The notes under the pieces: model-generated
What the model was told of the DNA's origin: nothing
Seen by the model: the letters and a program-made list of their open reading frames with translations, nothing else
Database searches by the model: none
Position numbers and translations under genes: made by a program
Assembly (NCBI GenBank): GCA_041648595.1
Contig: JBAZOQ010000001.1
Location: forward strand, 14,002 to 78,001
Source: Minisyncoccota bacterium
GTDB taxonomy: Bacteria > Patescibacteriota > Minisyncoccia > Phycocordibacterales > UBA9973
Direction of reading: 5' to 3'
Length of the DNA stretch: 64,000 bases
Shown here: positions 62,879-64,000 of the stretch, in pieces
How positions within the stretch are numbered: the stretch's first letter is position 1
Layout of the letters: every line of letters starts with the position of its first letter

Positions 62879-63289
62879 ATGGCAACTATTTCAAACAATG
62901 ATATAGCCCGTGCAATTTATCTAATTTTGAAAGATAAAACAAAAATAGAATTACATGATGTATTTGATAAAGTAATAAAATTTTTAGTACAGAAAAGATT
63001 ATTAACAAAGACTGCAGATATTTTAGAACGTTTAGATAAAATAATTAATAAAGAGGAAGGGAAAATTATTGTAAAGATATTAAGTGCTAAAAAACTAAAA
63101 GAAGAATTAAAAAAAGAATTAATAATTTTTCTGAAAGAACGTTATAAAGCTAAAGAGATTGTCTTTATAGAAGTGTTAGAAGAAAAATTGTTAGGTGGTA
63201 TGAGAATAGAGGTGAATGATGAAATTATCGATTTAACAGTAAAAAACAAAATTAAAAAATTACAAGAACATTTAACAAGAAGAATATGA
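62879..63289 (+). CDS. atpH: F0F1 ATP synthase subunit delta.
   Basis: Position between atpF and atpA. OSCP-like helical protein of 136 aa. Confidence 0.65.
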   Translation: MATISNNDIARAIYLILKDKTKIELHDVFDKVIKFLVQKRLLTKTADILERLDKIINKEEGKIIVKILSAKKLKEELKKELIIFLKERYKAKEIVFIEVLEEKLLGGMRIEVNDEIIDLTVKNKIKKLQEHLTRRI

Positions 63290-63290
63290 G

Positions 63291-63389
63291 TCCCGTTAGA
63301 AGTTAACTTTCGGGAATAAATTATAAAAATTAATTAAGTTTATCTAATATATTAAAAAAGTTAAGTAAATTAGTATAACTTCTAACGGG
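63291..63389 (+). mobile_element. MITE-like TIR element, family 1 copy f (99 bp). TIRs are TCCCGTTAGAAGTTAAC / ATAACTTCTAACGGG. Flanked by direct repeat ATGAGT (63285-63290, containing the atpH TGA stop, and 63390-63395, the atpA start).
   Basis: Read directly. TAGTATAAC lies 10 nt before the ATG. Confidence 0.6.
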
Positions 63390-64000
63390 ATGAGTAACAA
63401 TATTGTAGAAAATTTAAAAAAAGAAATAGATAATTTTTCATCACAAATAAAAGCTGAAAAAGTTGGACATGTTTTAGAAGTTTTTGATGGTATAGCCAAA
63501 GTTTCTGGTCTTTCAGAGATAAAATCATCAGAGATGGTTACTTTTAGCAATGGAGAAATTGGTGTAGCACTTAACCTAGAAGAGGATACTGTTGGTATTA
63601 TCATTCTTGATGATTTTTCTAAGATAAGAGAAGGGGATGAAGTCAAAGCTACTGGAAAAATTTTAGAAGTACCAGTTTCGGATAATATTATTGGACGAGT
63701 TGTAAATGCCTTAGGTGTAGAAATTGATGGCAAAGGTGTTATTAGAACAGATAAAACTTATCCAATAGAAAAAGTTGCACCGGGTGTTATTACTCGTCTT
63801 TCTGTCTCTCAACCTGTTTCCACTGGTATTAAAGTTATCGATGCTATCATTCCTATCGGTCGTGGTCAACGTGAGCTTATTATTGGTGATCGCCAGACTG
63901 GTAAAACTGCAATTGCTATTGATGCTATTTTAAATCAAAAAGGTCAAAATATGATTTGTGTTTATGTTTCTATTGGTCAAAAAGATTCTAAACTTCGCAA
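63390..64000 (+). CDS. atpA: F0F1 ATP synthase subunit alpha (3' partial, runs off the window).
   Basis: [41 protein letters not shown] ... Walker [14 protein letters not shown]. Not in the ORF track because there is no stop within the window. Confidence 0.85.
   Translation, partial: MSNNIVENLKKEIDNFSSQIKAEKVGHVLEVFDGIAKVSGLSEIKSSEMVTFSNGEIGVALNLEEDTVGIIILDDFSKIREGDEVKATGKILEVPVSDNIIGRVVNALGVEIDGKGVIRTDKTYPIEKVAPGVITRLSVSQPVSTGIKVIDAIIPIGRGQRELIIGDRQTGKTAIAIDAILNQKGQNMICVYVSIGQKDSKLR

Noticed and set aside
63344-63733. 129-aa minus-strand ORF at the right end of the window.
   Set aside because: It is antisense to the atpA 5' end, which has the unmistakable F1 alpha N-terminus and Walker A motif. 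The atpA ORF is missing from the track only because it has no stop within the window.

Overview
AT-rich (about 30% GC), gene-dense bacterial chromosome segment. It uses the standard genetic code (TGA is a stop) and has a mix of Shine-Dalgarno-led and apparently leaderless starts. The lineage is uncertain: a small-genome, Patescibacteria/CPR-like or other reduced bacterium is possible but not asserted.

Gene content on the + strand begins with a very large 5'-truncated repetitive surface protein (Calx-beta-like plus FN3/PKD-like repeats). Next come a receiver-domain protein with a MacB/FtsX-type ABC transporter, lepA, ftsB, and a glycerate/3-carbon metabolism string (D-2-hydroxyacid dehydrogenase, MOFRL glycerate kinase, enolase, PEP synthase). 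The minus strand carries a T9SS C-terminal-domain secreted protein, valS, tsaD, trxB and ftsZ-ftsA-ybeY-rpsU. Further + strand genes are greA, lysS, a dcw cluster (mraZ-rsmH-ftsL-ftsI-murF), rmuC with an ExoX-like exonuclease, obg, gatB, fba, a Nudix hydrolase, an FAD-linked oxidase, rplY, rpmE, prfA, an RRM protein and the atp operon (atpZ-B-E-F-H-A, with atpA truncated at the window end). Eight tRNAs were identified by hand (Gly-CCC, Arg-CCU, Phe-GAA, Val-GAC, Glu-UUC, Ser-CGA, Glu-CUC, Ile-GAU).

The most striking content is repeat biology. (1) Two related families of 65-120 bp AT-rich TIR (MITE-like) elements, nine copies in total. Every copy sits in a co-directional intercistronic gap with its 3' end 0-7 nt from the downstream start codon. 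Several are flanked by direct repeats (ATGAR, ATGGAT, TAAA) that regenerate the upstream stop and downstream start. (2) An IS200/IS605-type HUH Y1 transposase (RAYT-like) flanked by GC-rich REP palindromes. Multiple families of short GC-rich palindromic or REP-like elements are inserted in frame into housekeeping genes (eno, lepA, valS, tsaD, gatB, FAD oxidase and the RAYT gene itself). This is analogous to Rickettsia palindromic elements. (3) Long perfect inverted-repeat hairpin elements in intergenic regions. No CRISPR array, rRNA or prophage was seen.
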